In this document: positions 44,401-57,047 of the stretch, piece by piece
Numbering within the stretch: the first letter of the stretch is position 1
Layout of the letters: each line of letters starts with the position of its first letter
NCBI RefSeq assembly: GCF_000150275.1
Contig: NW_002060962.1
Location: 310,001 to 374,000, forward strand
From: Trichoplax adhaerens
Taxonomy: Eukaryota > Animalia > Placozoa
Direction: 5' to 3'
Length of the DNA stretch: 64,000 nucleotides
The notes under the pieces: generated by a model
The model's database searches: none
The model's input: the letters and a program-made list of their open reading frames with translations, nothing else
Told to the model about the DNA's origin: nothing
Made by a program: the position numbers and the translations under genes

Positions 44401-47140
44401 AAATTTTGGGGTGAGAAGTCAGAATTACGAAGGTTTAAAGACGGCGCTATTAAGGAAGCAGCTATTTGGCAATGCAAGAATATAGCAGAGAGGAGATTTA
44501 TTTGCGAACGAATCGTAAAATATCTATTGCAGCTGTAAGTTACTACAGTAATTATAGGATCTACAAGGTATCCTGTATGTCCGCAACAAATCTTAACTTA
44601 AATTTATTTAATAATTAATCAGACATGGTAAAATTTCTCCAGAAAATGTTAACTATATTGCCGGCCAATTAGATCATACATTAGCGATAACATACGAGGA
44701 CGAGAAATCTAAACTGCCTTTCTGTAATAATAACGCTACAGAAGATGCTATCTCAATTATAAAGTCTTTTAATGAGCTCTGCAAGCAGCTGCGTTTGTTG
44801 AAAGGTTTATCATTAAGTATCAATACAATTCAAGGAATCAGTCCTGTTTTTAGGCATACCGAAGTAAGTTAACTTTAAATCAAATTTTTGATGCTCTAGA
44901 ATTTAGTACTCCAGTTGAGAACATCATTTTAATGCTACAATTGCTTAGTTTTATATTGTGATCATGCATTGGATGTAATATGCCATCATGAAATATTTTA
45001 GTTATTTCCATCAAAGCCAGCGAAACGTTTTAAAAGTCGCACCAGGCTTTCCGACGATGTACAATTTCGAAATGTTGCCAAAAATGTTTTACTACCAACT
45101 GCGAATAAGACATGTCCTGAATGGATTCCTGCTAATGAAGGTTATTACTATGTCTGATTTATATCATTTAGTATTCAGTAGTCATCAAGTTTATTTACAG
45201 CGATATTAATATATGTTCACAATTGTCTTACACTAGCTGTATGCAGCATGGAATTAAGTGGCGATTGGCCTCAAAATGCAGAAGCCGTACAACGAGTTAA
45301 ATCTGCGCTTCACCTAGAAATTGCTAGATTACTATCTCAGCATTACTCGTTGCTGGCGGTTGGTCAAACCAACTACATTGACGTTTTCAAAGTAAATACT
45401 AACTTTATGCGCTCTATTATGTGATCTATATTAAGTTAAGAATAAAATTTTACACTTTAATCGACTTTTGAATCATTTAACACTAGGATGGCTACGTATT
45501 TCGAGTGCGTGTTGCTTATCATAGAGAGCCAGGTTTAATACGATTAGTTGAAAATGAAGGAAATGAATTACTTGCTGCTGAATTAGAGAAAACTACCATC
45601 TTGCTACCTCAATTTGCTACCATGATAAACGGGTATTTGTCCTAATTATTTTTGACAAAGTAACGACTTCCTATGTACAAGGCAGTGCACTAAACTGACT
45701 CTCGTTTCAATATACTTTAGTGTGAATGAACAGTATCATTCATACAGTACCACCGTTCGATTAGCCAAGAGATGGATTTCATCCCACCAACTTTGTGGCT
45801 ATGTTACCGAAGAATGCATTGAAGTTATTGTGGCTTCTCTTTATCTAAATCCGGAAACCTACGATAAGCCTGGGTAGGATAACATAAATGCTTTCTGTAA
45901 TATACATTTAAGAAAGGTAACTTTGGTAGTATCTTTTAACGTTGATAGGTCGGAGATTAATGGGCTGTTGAGGTTTCTTAAACTTATTTCTACTTTTGAT
46001 TGGTTAAACTTCCCATTACTTGTTAACTTAAACGAAGAATTCAGTGGTGCGTTCAATAGTACAAAAGCTATGAACATTAATGCGTTAATGACATGACACA
46101 AAAAATATAGAATTACTATCTCTGATACCTTAGGCTCTGATATGGTAGAAATAGGAACGGACTTTAGAGAGAATAGATCTAAATTTCCAGCAATGTTCGT
46201 CGCCGTTCCGAAAAAGAAATTAAATCAACTTTTAACTACTTCGAAACTTACAAATTCGATACTGCATAGGCTAACATTGTTAGCCAGCGAGTCCTATAAT
46301 CTTCTGATTAAGCAATTGTCAACATGTGCATCGGAAAAGGTTGATTTTATGGTAAGCCATTGCTAAGACAGTAAATTATTTAACTGTAATTTTGTTGTTG
46401 GTATATATTGCAATCGATTGGATGGAACGTATATATCTCTGAAGCTTTTATTCTATTGGTAGAAAATATTTCGAACTCCAATGGAGGACTATGATGTGAT
46501 TATTAATTTAAATCTAGAAAACGTTTGTCGATTCCACGAAGGCATTGACAGTGTAGTCACTGAATGCCATAGCGATTTAAATAAGAAATATATGCCCGTC
46601 GTTAATTTCGATCCTGTTGAGTACTACCTTAAAGAACTAGAGGTAAATATTGCCTAAATTTCAATATAGGTTATTGAGTAATAATCTACTATAATGAACT
46701 TTTAGGATGCCTTTGGAGATATTGCTTTATTCTTTTATAACAAGTATGGTGGCGACTTCATTGCTGTGGTCTGGAAGCCTGATGCATTCAAATTACAATC
46801 ATTTAAAGTACTGTTGATACTGTATTTTTGTAACCGAAATTTCATTATTCTAAAATTTAATTAACGTAAATGACGTTTATGAATTTTCAAGGTTAATGAA
46901 ATGTATTATAAAAATATCAGGAAACAGGTACATTGTCATAGGATTTTACAAACTTTCTAAATATTTATTATATCAAGTAGCAGGTGTTTGAAACTAAAAA
47001 TATTTCTCTTCTAACAACTGGACTTATTGCCTTAACAGGGGAGTTCAAAAAAGCTGCTGATGTGCCCAGATAAAGAAAGTATTCTACAAGACTTTCGATT
47101 ATTGGGTGACAATCTTGTTTCTTCTATTGAATCCAAATAA
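41447..47140 (+). CDS. NOL6: Nucleolar protein 6 (Nrap/UTP22 family)
   Basis: MKSKK..|..ETESLYRSGLFRMQIDELLKEV; VVGSYMIGT..VDVTVEIP; YYYRRALYLAHLA; PTPHYNHGILVDM; LIKIWLYQR; VVFIDSSGYLNL; FRKFWGEKSELRRFKDGAIKEAAIW; TVRLAKRWISSHQL; VVNFDPVEYYLKELE; LFFYNKYGGDFIAVVWKP; ILQDFRLLGDNLV. Stop TAA 47138-47140. Probable upstream 5'UTR exons end at 41160 and 41398. Confidence 0.93.
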
Positions 47141-48157
47141 TTACATCTCAACGTTGTAGCCATATTTAATATCAGTACGGTAATTATAGGTGATAGATAA
47201 ATCATGCAATACTGATAATAATTCTGCAAATTACTTTATTGGACAAAGAATTTCAGATCGTTAAAATTTCGGATATTTGAGTAAGGAATACCGTACCGCA
47301 ACTGTGTAGGAACGTTTTTTGTAAGCATGCCCAACAGTTGTAGTAGCGAATTGCATATCCGTATACATTGTATCTTCATTTACACGTACATACAGACACC
47401 GATGCCAATGAATTGAGGATAACTTGCTATACATATTATATGCGGTTAAAAAATTTCTCTTTAATAAATTATCCAGTTAGCTTCATAATACTTATTTGTT
47501 GTTACTGGAATATCTGCATACTCTGTAATCAATCAGCCGCGAAATATAAATCATCACGAGTTAATGCAAATAAAGAGTATGACCTTTTGTTGAAAATGTT
47601 TTTTTTTGTTAAGCTAGGTTAGTAAGTAATGGCCCTAGTATTATGCAACGTGCAATTCCAATCTACTGATACAAATTGAAAATCTATATGCTTGCTATCT
47701 TTAATAAGTACTAATCCAATACAGTATTGTTCTCCACGTTGGATCATTAAATATAATTACAATACCCGTACACAGATTAAATATTTGACATCTAGACCTA
47801 AGTAATAACACATGTATAATAAACAAGAATTTATGATCCAGTCTTTTGTTAATTCTATGATTAATTAATTTTTATATATTGTAACGAATTATACAAATAA
47901 AAATAGCTGTACAGGTCTATTATGTTTAAGTGACATGCCATTCCTGTAAGCAACTAAAACGGGTCAATTTCAAACACTTTTCCTACCAACATATTACGAA
48001 GAAATAGTCAGGATATCACATAAAGCGACATACCAACTCAAGAATATGACAACCGTTAGCTTTCAGTACAGTACATGATGTCACAAAAAATAAACATGGA
48101 AGTATGTTCCTAACGATTCGATATGTACTAATAAAGAATATCTTCCCAACGCTTATA

Positions 48158-51100
48158 TTATTGCATGAGATGTGGCTGGGTAAACGGTACCTTCGAATTA
48201 AATTGATTTGCTGCTTGTGGATACATGTTATATTGAGGTTGTGCGTTCATTTGAGGTAGTGGCTGTTGTTGGGTTGTGCCTCCTTGAGACGTAGAATATA
48301 CCCCTTTTGGATCGATAGGTTGCTGTTGGTGATAGTATTGTGATTGTTGCACTGGAAATTCATTAGACGTCCCAGATGACTGATTTCTACCGTAATGAAT
48401 ATGGTTTCGTATAAAAATGTTAAAAGCACTAATATCTTTTGCATTGACAAGAACTTGTATCTTTTCAGCAAAGCTAAACAGTATACTTACACTGGATTGT
48501 ACATGTTCTAGAATAAAAAAATTGTATAAAAGTATAAGTACTGAGAAAAGGAATTAAGAAGGAAAATTTGTTGCTTTTCTAAGTGTCGTATATACAGTAC
48601 CTGTTGCGATTGAACAGTTTGCGGCTGTTGATTCAATCCCTGCATCATTGGGTGCTGTATAATTTCCAATTTTACCCAAATCAAAAATATTTCAGAAATA
48701 TAGATGGTAGTCTACTTTTGATTTAGAAGCTTCACACCTATAATTAAAAATGACTTTGAAAATTTACCTGTTCCGGCGAAAAATTTTGTGGACCTGTAGG
48801 CTGTTGTTGGTAGCCAAGAGTATTAGGTTGCTGCGGAATCTACCAAGATACATATAGTATAATTATCCGTAAAGAATATGCTTGTAGGCCTTTTCTGTTA
48901 TCGTAGAGGTTAGTGAATTTAAATACGCCAAAAATAAGTTCAGTAAGGATAACATACCATATGCTGTTGCGGTACAGGCTGCTGAGGTACAGGTTGCTGA
49001 GGTACTTGTTGTTGAGGTACTTGTTGTTGAGGTACTTGTTGTTGAGGTATGGATTGCTGAGGTAAAGGTTGCTGAGGTACAAGTTGCTGAGGTGAAGATT
49101 GTTGAGGTAGAGGTTGCTGGATTGGTGCCATCCTTTGATTATCTTGCAAACGGTTGGATTGGAAGTGCTGCTGTGACATCTCTGTAAATATAAATGTAAA
49201 CATTGCATTAACGAAATGGAAATTTTTCTCAAATTAAAATAAGGACAAGAGAAAAGTACCAGGTTGTAAGCCTGCTGCAGAATAAGCTGCGTAGATAGAA
49301 CTATATCGCGGCCGCTCTTGCATCAATCTATTAATATGAAAAGTAATATAAAAATTTTAGTTATTCGAATAACATCGAAAAAGCAATAGTTCATTTAGGT
49401 CAAGTCTTACTTTTGATAAAGAGCAAGAGTTTCTTCAAATTGATTTTTTAAAGTATTTACTTCTTGATCTTTACTATTGGTAATAATAATATAAAAATAG
49501 TGTAAATATTTAATTGAAACAAAAATAAGTTACTGTACAAGGTATAAAGACTCACGTTTCCAGGCGCTCTAATTTGTTAGTCACTTGATAATTCATTCGA
49601 TTACACGTATCTATAAAATGATATGATTGCGCTTGTATTAAGTAAAAATGACTATTTACCTATCTAACGGAAACATTTTAAGTTAAATTCTTCAACCTTC
49701 TAAGTCAATAAGTTCTTGAGTATCTGCATTTACAGTTATATCAGCCTTTCCAAATATCTCAAGTGTGATATCTATTTTTTCCTAAAACGATTGCAGACAT
49801 TAAAAATACGTTTTTGTGGGTGATAATTACTTTTAATTATAGATAGAAAATAACTTCTGCAAATAAATGTGATCTCAGCTTATGATTTTATTTCATACTT
49901 CGTCAATTTGAACTTCTTTATATTCGTCCATTGACGGTTCTATAAGTAAAATTCAATATATTGTAATTAAAGTAGTAATAATACTATATTACAATTTTAA
50001 ATGTTGTCGCTAGATACAAACGTTTTGCCTCTCCAAGACCATTTTGTACTTCAGATTCCTCTACTACTTCCGTCTCTAATTCCTGATGTACCTCATACTT
50101 GGGTACTTAACACCACAGGCAAAAAGTTAGTATCGTAAAAGGATGTCATAAAATTATATGTTGTTATAGAGATGAGACCGAGTAAAATTGTTAATAAACC
50201 TGGTTCATTGAGATCGGAAGTAACAAAATTTGACGGAAATAGTCCAGACCCATGTGGAGTCTCTCCCTTCCACCAGTTGGGGTCGCTATTATATCAACGT
50301 ATGAAACAGAATTATTGCATGAAGTAACCTAATCTCATACATTCAAATTGCTAGTAATAGACTTCATTGTGCTATACTACCTATCATCAATGATAGAAAT
50401 GATGTCACCAGCTTTAAAAGTTAACTCGTTATCTTCAGCGGCCTCGAAATCGTATAATGCAAGAACTTTACGTCGTTCAAGTTCCTATAATATAGATATA
50501 CATCCAACCCATTAATTTCTTATGGCCATTAGTAACATAGTAATGCACGCGCATTAGATCTATATTTGATAGTGAAAAATAATACATGGGCTACAACTTA
50601 CCTTCCTAAGTGACTTAGGAGAAGGTGGTTTAACTACAGGGTAAATACTTGATGTCGAAGTCTAATTTAGAATAGTTAAAATAGAAGTTAGGTAAGAAAC
50701 TAAATGTCATATTATAAATTCATTTTACCTGAGAATAAGTTGCAGGAGTACTAGTATTAACCGTCGTAGAATGAGAAGAATGGGATGCACCAGTTTTATC
50801 TGCATCTCTTAAAGACATTTCAATTGCTGATATAATCGATTGAAAGAATAGATATCTTTTAATGACGAATTAAATATATATTACTAAGATGTAGAACTAA
50901 ATATAGTTGAAATCTACTATCGCATGTAGCGTGGTGTCATTTGTACCTCTAGCAAGATCTTCGTCCTCTTGTAGTGCAGCTCTATCGCTACTAGGTTGAT
51001 TCTTGTTTGATGTAGAAGTGAAGTTCGGCGATTCAGTAGGATTGGAAGAGGCTGCTCCCCCAGGTACAATTTCAGGTGTAAAAGCAGGAAACTCAACACC

Positions 51101-52579
51101 TTCATTCTTTAAGCTATTGTAAAGTGTTGGTATTAACCTATGATTGAAATAGATATTGAACACGGGTTAATCCAATCTACAAGTCGAAATCTATTACAAA
51201 TACCGAACTAATATAAATAGTATTCATGTTGATTTCAATGAGAAGCTGTTGGAAGAATTGCAACAGTAGTTTAAAACAATAATAAATCAAGGTTGTATTT
51301 CAATACTATATAGTGTACTGTACTGTGTATGAAGTCCAATTATTTTTAAAAAGCGACTTATTATAAGTAGTATTTCCTTACGTCACTTTAGGATCATCTT
51401 TAAGCATATGAGCCCATTTCTGTAATAGTTCTTTCATCTTGTTGCCAACAGCAGCATTGGAATGCTATGAATTATATATAATTGATATCCGTGAATCATA
51501 GTTTAGCAATTTAATTGATTGTGTAAGTATATACAATATGATCATCACATTATTTCAGGAGAAATTGGAAAGACTACTTGGGAAATGGTATACAGCAAAT
51601 GAATTGTCATTGAGCATTGGATTTTTAGAAAGGTGTTCTATGCATTGTAGAAAAAGTAGGATATCATTTTACTTACTTTTTGTATGATATTTCGTATTTC
51701 CAATGACAATGGCCTAGTACAAATTTCCAAATGGAATATTTGGCCACAGTTGTTCATACAAGCATCAAGAAGCTAAATAAGCGGAAGAGAATCACATTAT
51801 GACTTGTCTAGGTACAGGATTTTAATTTTAGGACATGGATTATCCTCCATGGCTATTACAAATGCAGTGATAATCAAGTTGATAGCGAATTAGTACTGTA
51901 AACTAGTGTACTCGCATATTACATTTTCGATAGTGCATCTTGTCATGCAAACAATGTCAAAGTGATCTCTGTACGCGTATTTTATATCCATCAAGACTCT
52001 AGCACTGATGGTCACAATTATTAAGCAAGCAATTGATCTGTTTCTTTTACCGTTAATGCTTGTATAGCAACGTGAGGAATTTTATGATTAACTCTTTTCA
52101 TGATCGATTTAAGGCATTCTTTTGGTCTACCAATAAAAACAGGAACGATATCATTGGAAATATTGAACAAAGCTCATACTTGTTATCATCAGAGCAATTT
52201 GTACAACAACAATCATAAAAAAAAATCAATTTCTTCTACGTTAACAGCCAGTTATTGCTTTTCATTGATATTGGTTAGCATTAGTCTTACCCATTTGCAG
52301 TACGGCCAACACGATCACAAATTTCCATAATCAGAGACCAATCTTCAGAAGTATTGGTTTCATTGGTAACCTTATCTATAAGAAAAGAATATCCAAAGCA
52401 CAATATTAACATGAACAGGCAAGATTGATTTTCTCTACAATCTACTGGTTACTATTGCAGAATTCCAATCCATTTCTTTTTATTAATACCACTCCATCGA
52501 CAACTAAAATACACTTATTCTCCTATCTTGACTAACCTACGTCGGCATCGAACGTATTATTGGAAGAAAATAGAGGCAT
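48158..52579 (-). CDS. STAM: Signal transducing adaptor molecule, ESCRT-0 subunit (VHS-UIM-SH3-GAT + P/Q-rich tail)
   Basis: [14 protein letters not shown]|..[22 protein letters not shown] (VHS); [15 protein letters not shown] (UIM); [30 protein letters not shown]|[26 protein letters not shown] (SH3); Q/P-rich C-terminus ending PHLMQ*. Confidence 0.95.
48962..49122 (-). repeat. Coding 15-bp minisatellite encoding ([15 protein letters not shown])n in the STAM tail
   Basis: About 10 tandem 15-nt units (ctgaggtacttgttg-like on +) within one STAM exon. Confidence 0.85.
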
Positions 52580-52793
52580 TTTGGCATCAAAAATGGTGGC
52601 TGCTTTGTGAAATTTTAACCAACTCGAATCGTTGACTTTGACTGACTGAAGTGGTACCGACAGGGGCGATTGATTACGTCGTTTTTGACGACGACGGTGT
52701 CTTGTACCAGGGACGCAATGGCTAGGCTGGTGTAATAGCAATGGGAAGAGTCATGTTTGAGTGATGATGGTCGCACAGTCGATTCTAGAACAC

Positions 52794-52900
52794 TACAGTA
52801 CATGGTACAGTCACATGTGCAGTACTGTGCACTGTACACTGTACTGTACAGTACAGTATAGTACCATTAAACGCTTACAAGTACACTACTGTACAGTATA
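52794..52900. repeat. TACAG/CTGTA array at the STAM promoter
   Basis: cagtactgtgcactgtacactgtactgtacagtacagtatagtac, ~220-320 bp upstream of the STAM ATG. Confidence 0.75.
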
Positions 52901-52979
52901 GCCTGAGTCATGTTGGCAGGCCAAGACCAAGACTTTGTAAGCAAATGATGTCATCGTTATATTTATATTTATTTATTTA

Positions 52980-53007
52980 CTAGCCTACAGCTCGCTAAAA
53001 AGCGAGC
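52980..53007 (-). mobile_element. Helitron-like 3' terminus (hairpin + CTAG|T)
   Basis: On the minus strand, the perfect hairpin GCTCGCT-TTTT-AGCGAGC ends 10 nt before a CTAG terminus followed by T, the canonical Helitron 3' signature. The 5' TC end and internal extent were not identified. Confidence 0.45.
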
Positions 53008-54884
53008 GATAGAATTCTTACACCTAAAATAGTGCACAACCAAGTATATATTGTATCCAATTATAATGGTATCAGAGGGTCAGACAGGTTCAATAATACA
53101 AACTTTGATCGTATACTGTAAAATTAGACAACCGATATTTTAACATAGATGGATAGGATATTTCAAAGTTGTTTTCCACTCATCAAGTCATCATGGATGA
53201 CATGGATTGTCTCGTTGACATTTTAAATGGCTGAAATTATGAACAGGCTGCAGTTGGTTGATAGCAAACCTAAGCATAAACATTCAATTTTCATTCTTAT
53301 AATATCCTATCTTACTGTAAGTCATAGACTACAATAACTTTACCTCAAGCTTAGTACAATATAGAGGACTGCAGTGCTGATTTTGCATAACAGTTATTAA
53401 TCAAGTGCTGCTAATAGCAATATGTAATCAATGAATACATGTATCATGCATCATATTAGGCTTGTTTGCCACTGCAAAGTGTTTATACTGCAACGAGAAA
53501 CGGCCAACTCAAATAGGAAATGATTATTTCCTAACCCAACTCCTTACGCACGCTATGTTATGCCATAGACTTCCAATTTTGTCAACAATACTACTGAAAG
53601 AAAGTGCTCGATTTACAGCTAATGCAGTATGCTACAGTACAGCACAATGGAGAGTGTACTGTCAACAAGGAGGGACGCTTGTCGTCGCCTCACGGACACT
53701 ACAGCGGACAGACACCACTCCAATCTTACTGTACTGTTCTGTCTTGTATTGTCTGTCCATCAGTCCTACTACTACTGTATCATAGTCAATATGGATGGAT
53801 ACCAAAGATACTGTCGTACAGTATGCACAAAAAAAATTTCATACCAGAATCTCTAAGCATCATTTTCAAGCAGCATTTCACGTCTTGGCAAATAAGGATA
53901 GAAATTGATACGTACAGTATAATGTTATTGTATCAATGCACTAGTTACCCTTTTCCCGCTTTTATTATCGTTATTATACCTACACTGATGCACATTATAA
54001 TAAATAAATGATATTTAAAGGTGAACAGTTTCATAGATTGTTTTTAATTTATTTATCTCCACTAGCTAACAAAGTTTATTACGCTTTGCTTTGGGCAACA
54101 TGCCCTTATATACTGTATATGTTACAGTGTACAGTAGTCTGTAGTACAATGCATAATTGTCAGTATCTATTTATAAACAAACTAATATACTTGATGTTTT
54201 TGATTTCTGGATTACTGTTACTTGAGTGTGTGACATGATATAGCTCTGCACATTGAACACCCGTATAGCAGTTATTAATGATGAATTGATTACAGTATCC
54301 TAAAGTAAAAAAAAACTGCAACATACAGTACACCAGTATAGTATAGTACTTGTTCATACAGTACCAGTGACATGTACGCTTATTTAGTACAAGTAATATT
54401 GTGTTGAGCATCAAAGGGCTTTAATTAATGAATCGATCTGTTACTGTAAACTGTAGATTACTGCATAACTGCAGCGTGGATGGTCCATGACGTTGGATAT
54501 CAAGTACCTACATTTAGTACAAAAACGACTTTTTTACCTCCAGTAAAATACTTTTATTGTAATAATAACAGCTTCAAGATGACAGTTAATATGACAAGGC
54601 CGCACGATGCAAGTACTCTCTATACAGTACATGGTAGTTTTTCATCTTAAACTCATTCACCAAATTTTACTTGTGTATGACTAGCGATGAAAACAAAATA
54701 TGTAATTGCGCCGACGAAAATTTTTGTACATATTTACGTACAAGCTTGAGAACAATGTTAATGTCATTGATGATAATCAAAATGTATGTAAAGATAATAA
54801 ATCGATGATTAATTAGTGTAATCGGTAAGTAATTACTCAGATAGGATCATTTTCAACCATCTAAAGGATATTACGTGATCAATT

Positions 54885-55893
54885 TTAAGCTTCCACGTTG
54901 ATTAATTCTTCTGGAACAGCATTCTTCGGATGTTTATTAACAAAGTGTTGTTTGTACGTCTTTGGGTCGGGCATTTGGCACTAAATAGAAGATTGAATAC
55001 AGATTCGATAATGAATTAGTTTAGCTACATCATTGTCGTTGATTACATTGTACACTTTACAGTATACTGTACGTACTACTACTAGCCGCTGCTATGTTGT
55101 ACTGTACCTCATTGCTATTGCACTGTTGCAATAAGATGGGTACATTAGAAGGCTAGACAGCAGTAGAAGTTAGATACAGTACTGAATTAATCACTCGGCG
55201 AATGAATATGCTATAGTAATGTGATAATAATATTATTCAGTTTGGTAAGTATTACTTACATAGAACTGTAAATTATAAAAATAACCGATATCATCCTCTA
55301 ATTTCATTAACTGTTCAGGATAACTTTACTTATCTTTGGTAAATCTACATAACTCCATATACGCACATATAGTGTCAAATCAAAAAGTACCAACTGTAAA
55401 TCATGATCATTAGAAACTGAATAATGGTGGAATTGAAAGCAAACTACTTGTACTGTAGATTAGTAAGAGATTGTAACAGTATACTGTAGTGTAATCCTTA
55501 ACATCAACAACTGCAGAAAGTTCCGTTTACTGCTGCCAATATAGTACAATTAGTACTACAATATAGTCAACAGCACATGATAGTGTATCAGAAAGCATTT
55601 ACTAATCTATATCCCATCAAAAGAGATGTGATTAAATTGATGAGATGTACAATTATACAGTACATGCAATGGTAAATAAACTCTTGTTGTCAACTACTAC
55701 TGCAGTGGGATAGCAACCTACTCGTATTGAATGTTCTATGCAATACAGTGTGCCATACCTTACAAACAGTGCACGTATGAACTAGGGCCTTTTTAGCGGC
55801 TGTCTTCTGATCATGTCCATGTGCTTTGGCTATTTTGGCTTTCTTTTCTGCATTTTTTTTCTGTGATTGAATCTTTTGATGTCCACGAGCCAT
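54885..55893 (-). CDS. ZNF706: Zinc finger protein 706 (SERF/4F5-like N-terminus + C2H2 finger, 76 aa)
   Basis: Exons 55893-55759 and 54980-54885 give MARGHQKIQSQKKNAEKKAKIAKAHGHDQKTAAKKALVHTCTVCK|CQMPDPKTYKQHFVNKHPKNAVPEELINVEA*. Confidence 0.96.
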
Positions 55894-56300
55894 CGCTTTT
55901 ATGACAACGTAACCGATAAAACAGTGTAGCCAAAATTGGGTGAGCAAATACCAACCTTATAACTTGTCCAAGTGGTTGAACTCCAGACTTTCTGCTTTCG
56001 ATAGATACTCGTACGGTCGAACTTTTTTTACCTTAGCAATAACAGAGTAAAAACGGTAGCGCTATCGAAGTCATAGTGTATTATGTCAGGTCTACGTACA
56101 GTACACCAGGCTCATTGTAAGTCAACCCGAAACCCGATTCGAGGGCGGGATTCGGGTTTAAAAATTGCTATTGTAATACAGCGTTTGCATAGCGATTGCA
56201 CCATTTCGGGTTAGAAAATCAACAATTTGATCGGGTTTTGATCGGTTTCGGATTTCGTTTTCACTCCACTTGGTTACAGTATAAAGTGCGCTTTGTCTTT

Positions 56301-56910
56301 GCAGTACTGTACACTGTACACTGTACCGTCAGGGACTGTCCGGGACGGCCGGGCCGAGTGAGTTGTCATTTTTTTCTGAAATCTAGGACACTACTCTATG
56401 GTTCATACCAGTGTACGACGTACTGTATCAGTCCTTCTATCATCATACAGTTAACTAGCGAAAATGATGTCGTTAACAAAGCCCTCGTTTTTAGTGTCAG
56501 CCTACTACCGATTCTTTACCAAGTATGACATCCTTTTTGCAAGACTGCCAAACCGGACTCAGTGTAGTAGTACGATGCAATACTAGTACAGTATAGTAGG
56601 CTTTGATCATAATTATAAATCAGTTATATATACATGTATATACTGTACATTATTATGGGTATCAAAGGTCTCGTCCTTTTATATAAATTTCACCATCAAA
56701 CGGTCGAAAAAATGATCTACTTCCTGACTTCGTAAAAGATTCTATGACACTTTACTGTACATCATGGAGGTAAATAATAAAAAAAAAAAAAAAACCCTAA
56801 CCCTTTTACCTCAGTACTGTACTGTACTGTACAGTACGATAGTTACAGTACTGTACTGTATGTTACGGACTGTGAGTGTGACTGAGTAGCATACTGTACT
56901 ATACTGTCAT
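56301..56910. repeat. TACAG/CTGTA-rich tracts, poly(A)16 and AACCCTAACCCT in the ZNF706/RPS8 divergent promoter
   Basis: cagtactgtactgtactgtacagtac at 56812-56837 and further tracts; A16 at 56779-56794 runs into aaccctaaccct (56793-56804). Confidence 0.75.
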
Positions 56911-57047
56911 AACGAGAAGTCCGCACGTCCGCACATCTGTCGTAATAATGAAGCATAGAGCGCATGACAGTATTGCTCATGCTCACTGACAAAGCTGGAG
57001 CGAAAGGCTTGATCGTTCTTTCTTGTCGCTACCTGTGGTCCAGCAAG

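Noticed and set aside
54833-54856. TACTCAGATAGGATCATTTTC resembling U3 boxes A'/A
   Set aside because: A U3 gene here would run antisense through the ZNF706 coding exon, and the downstream U3 boxes are absent.
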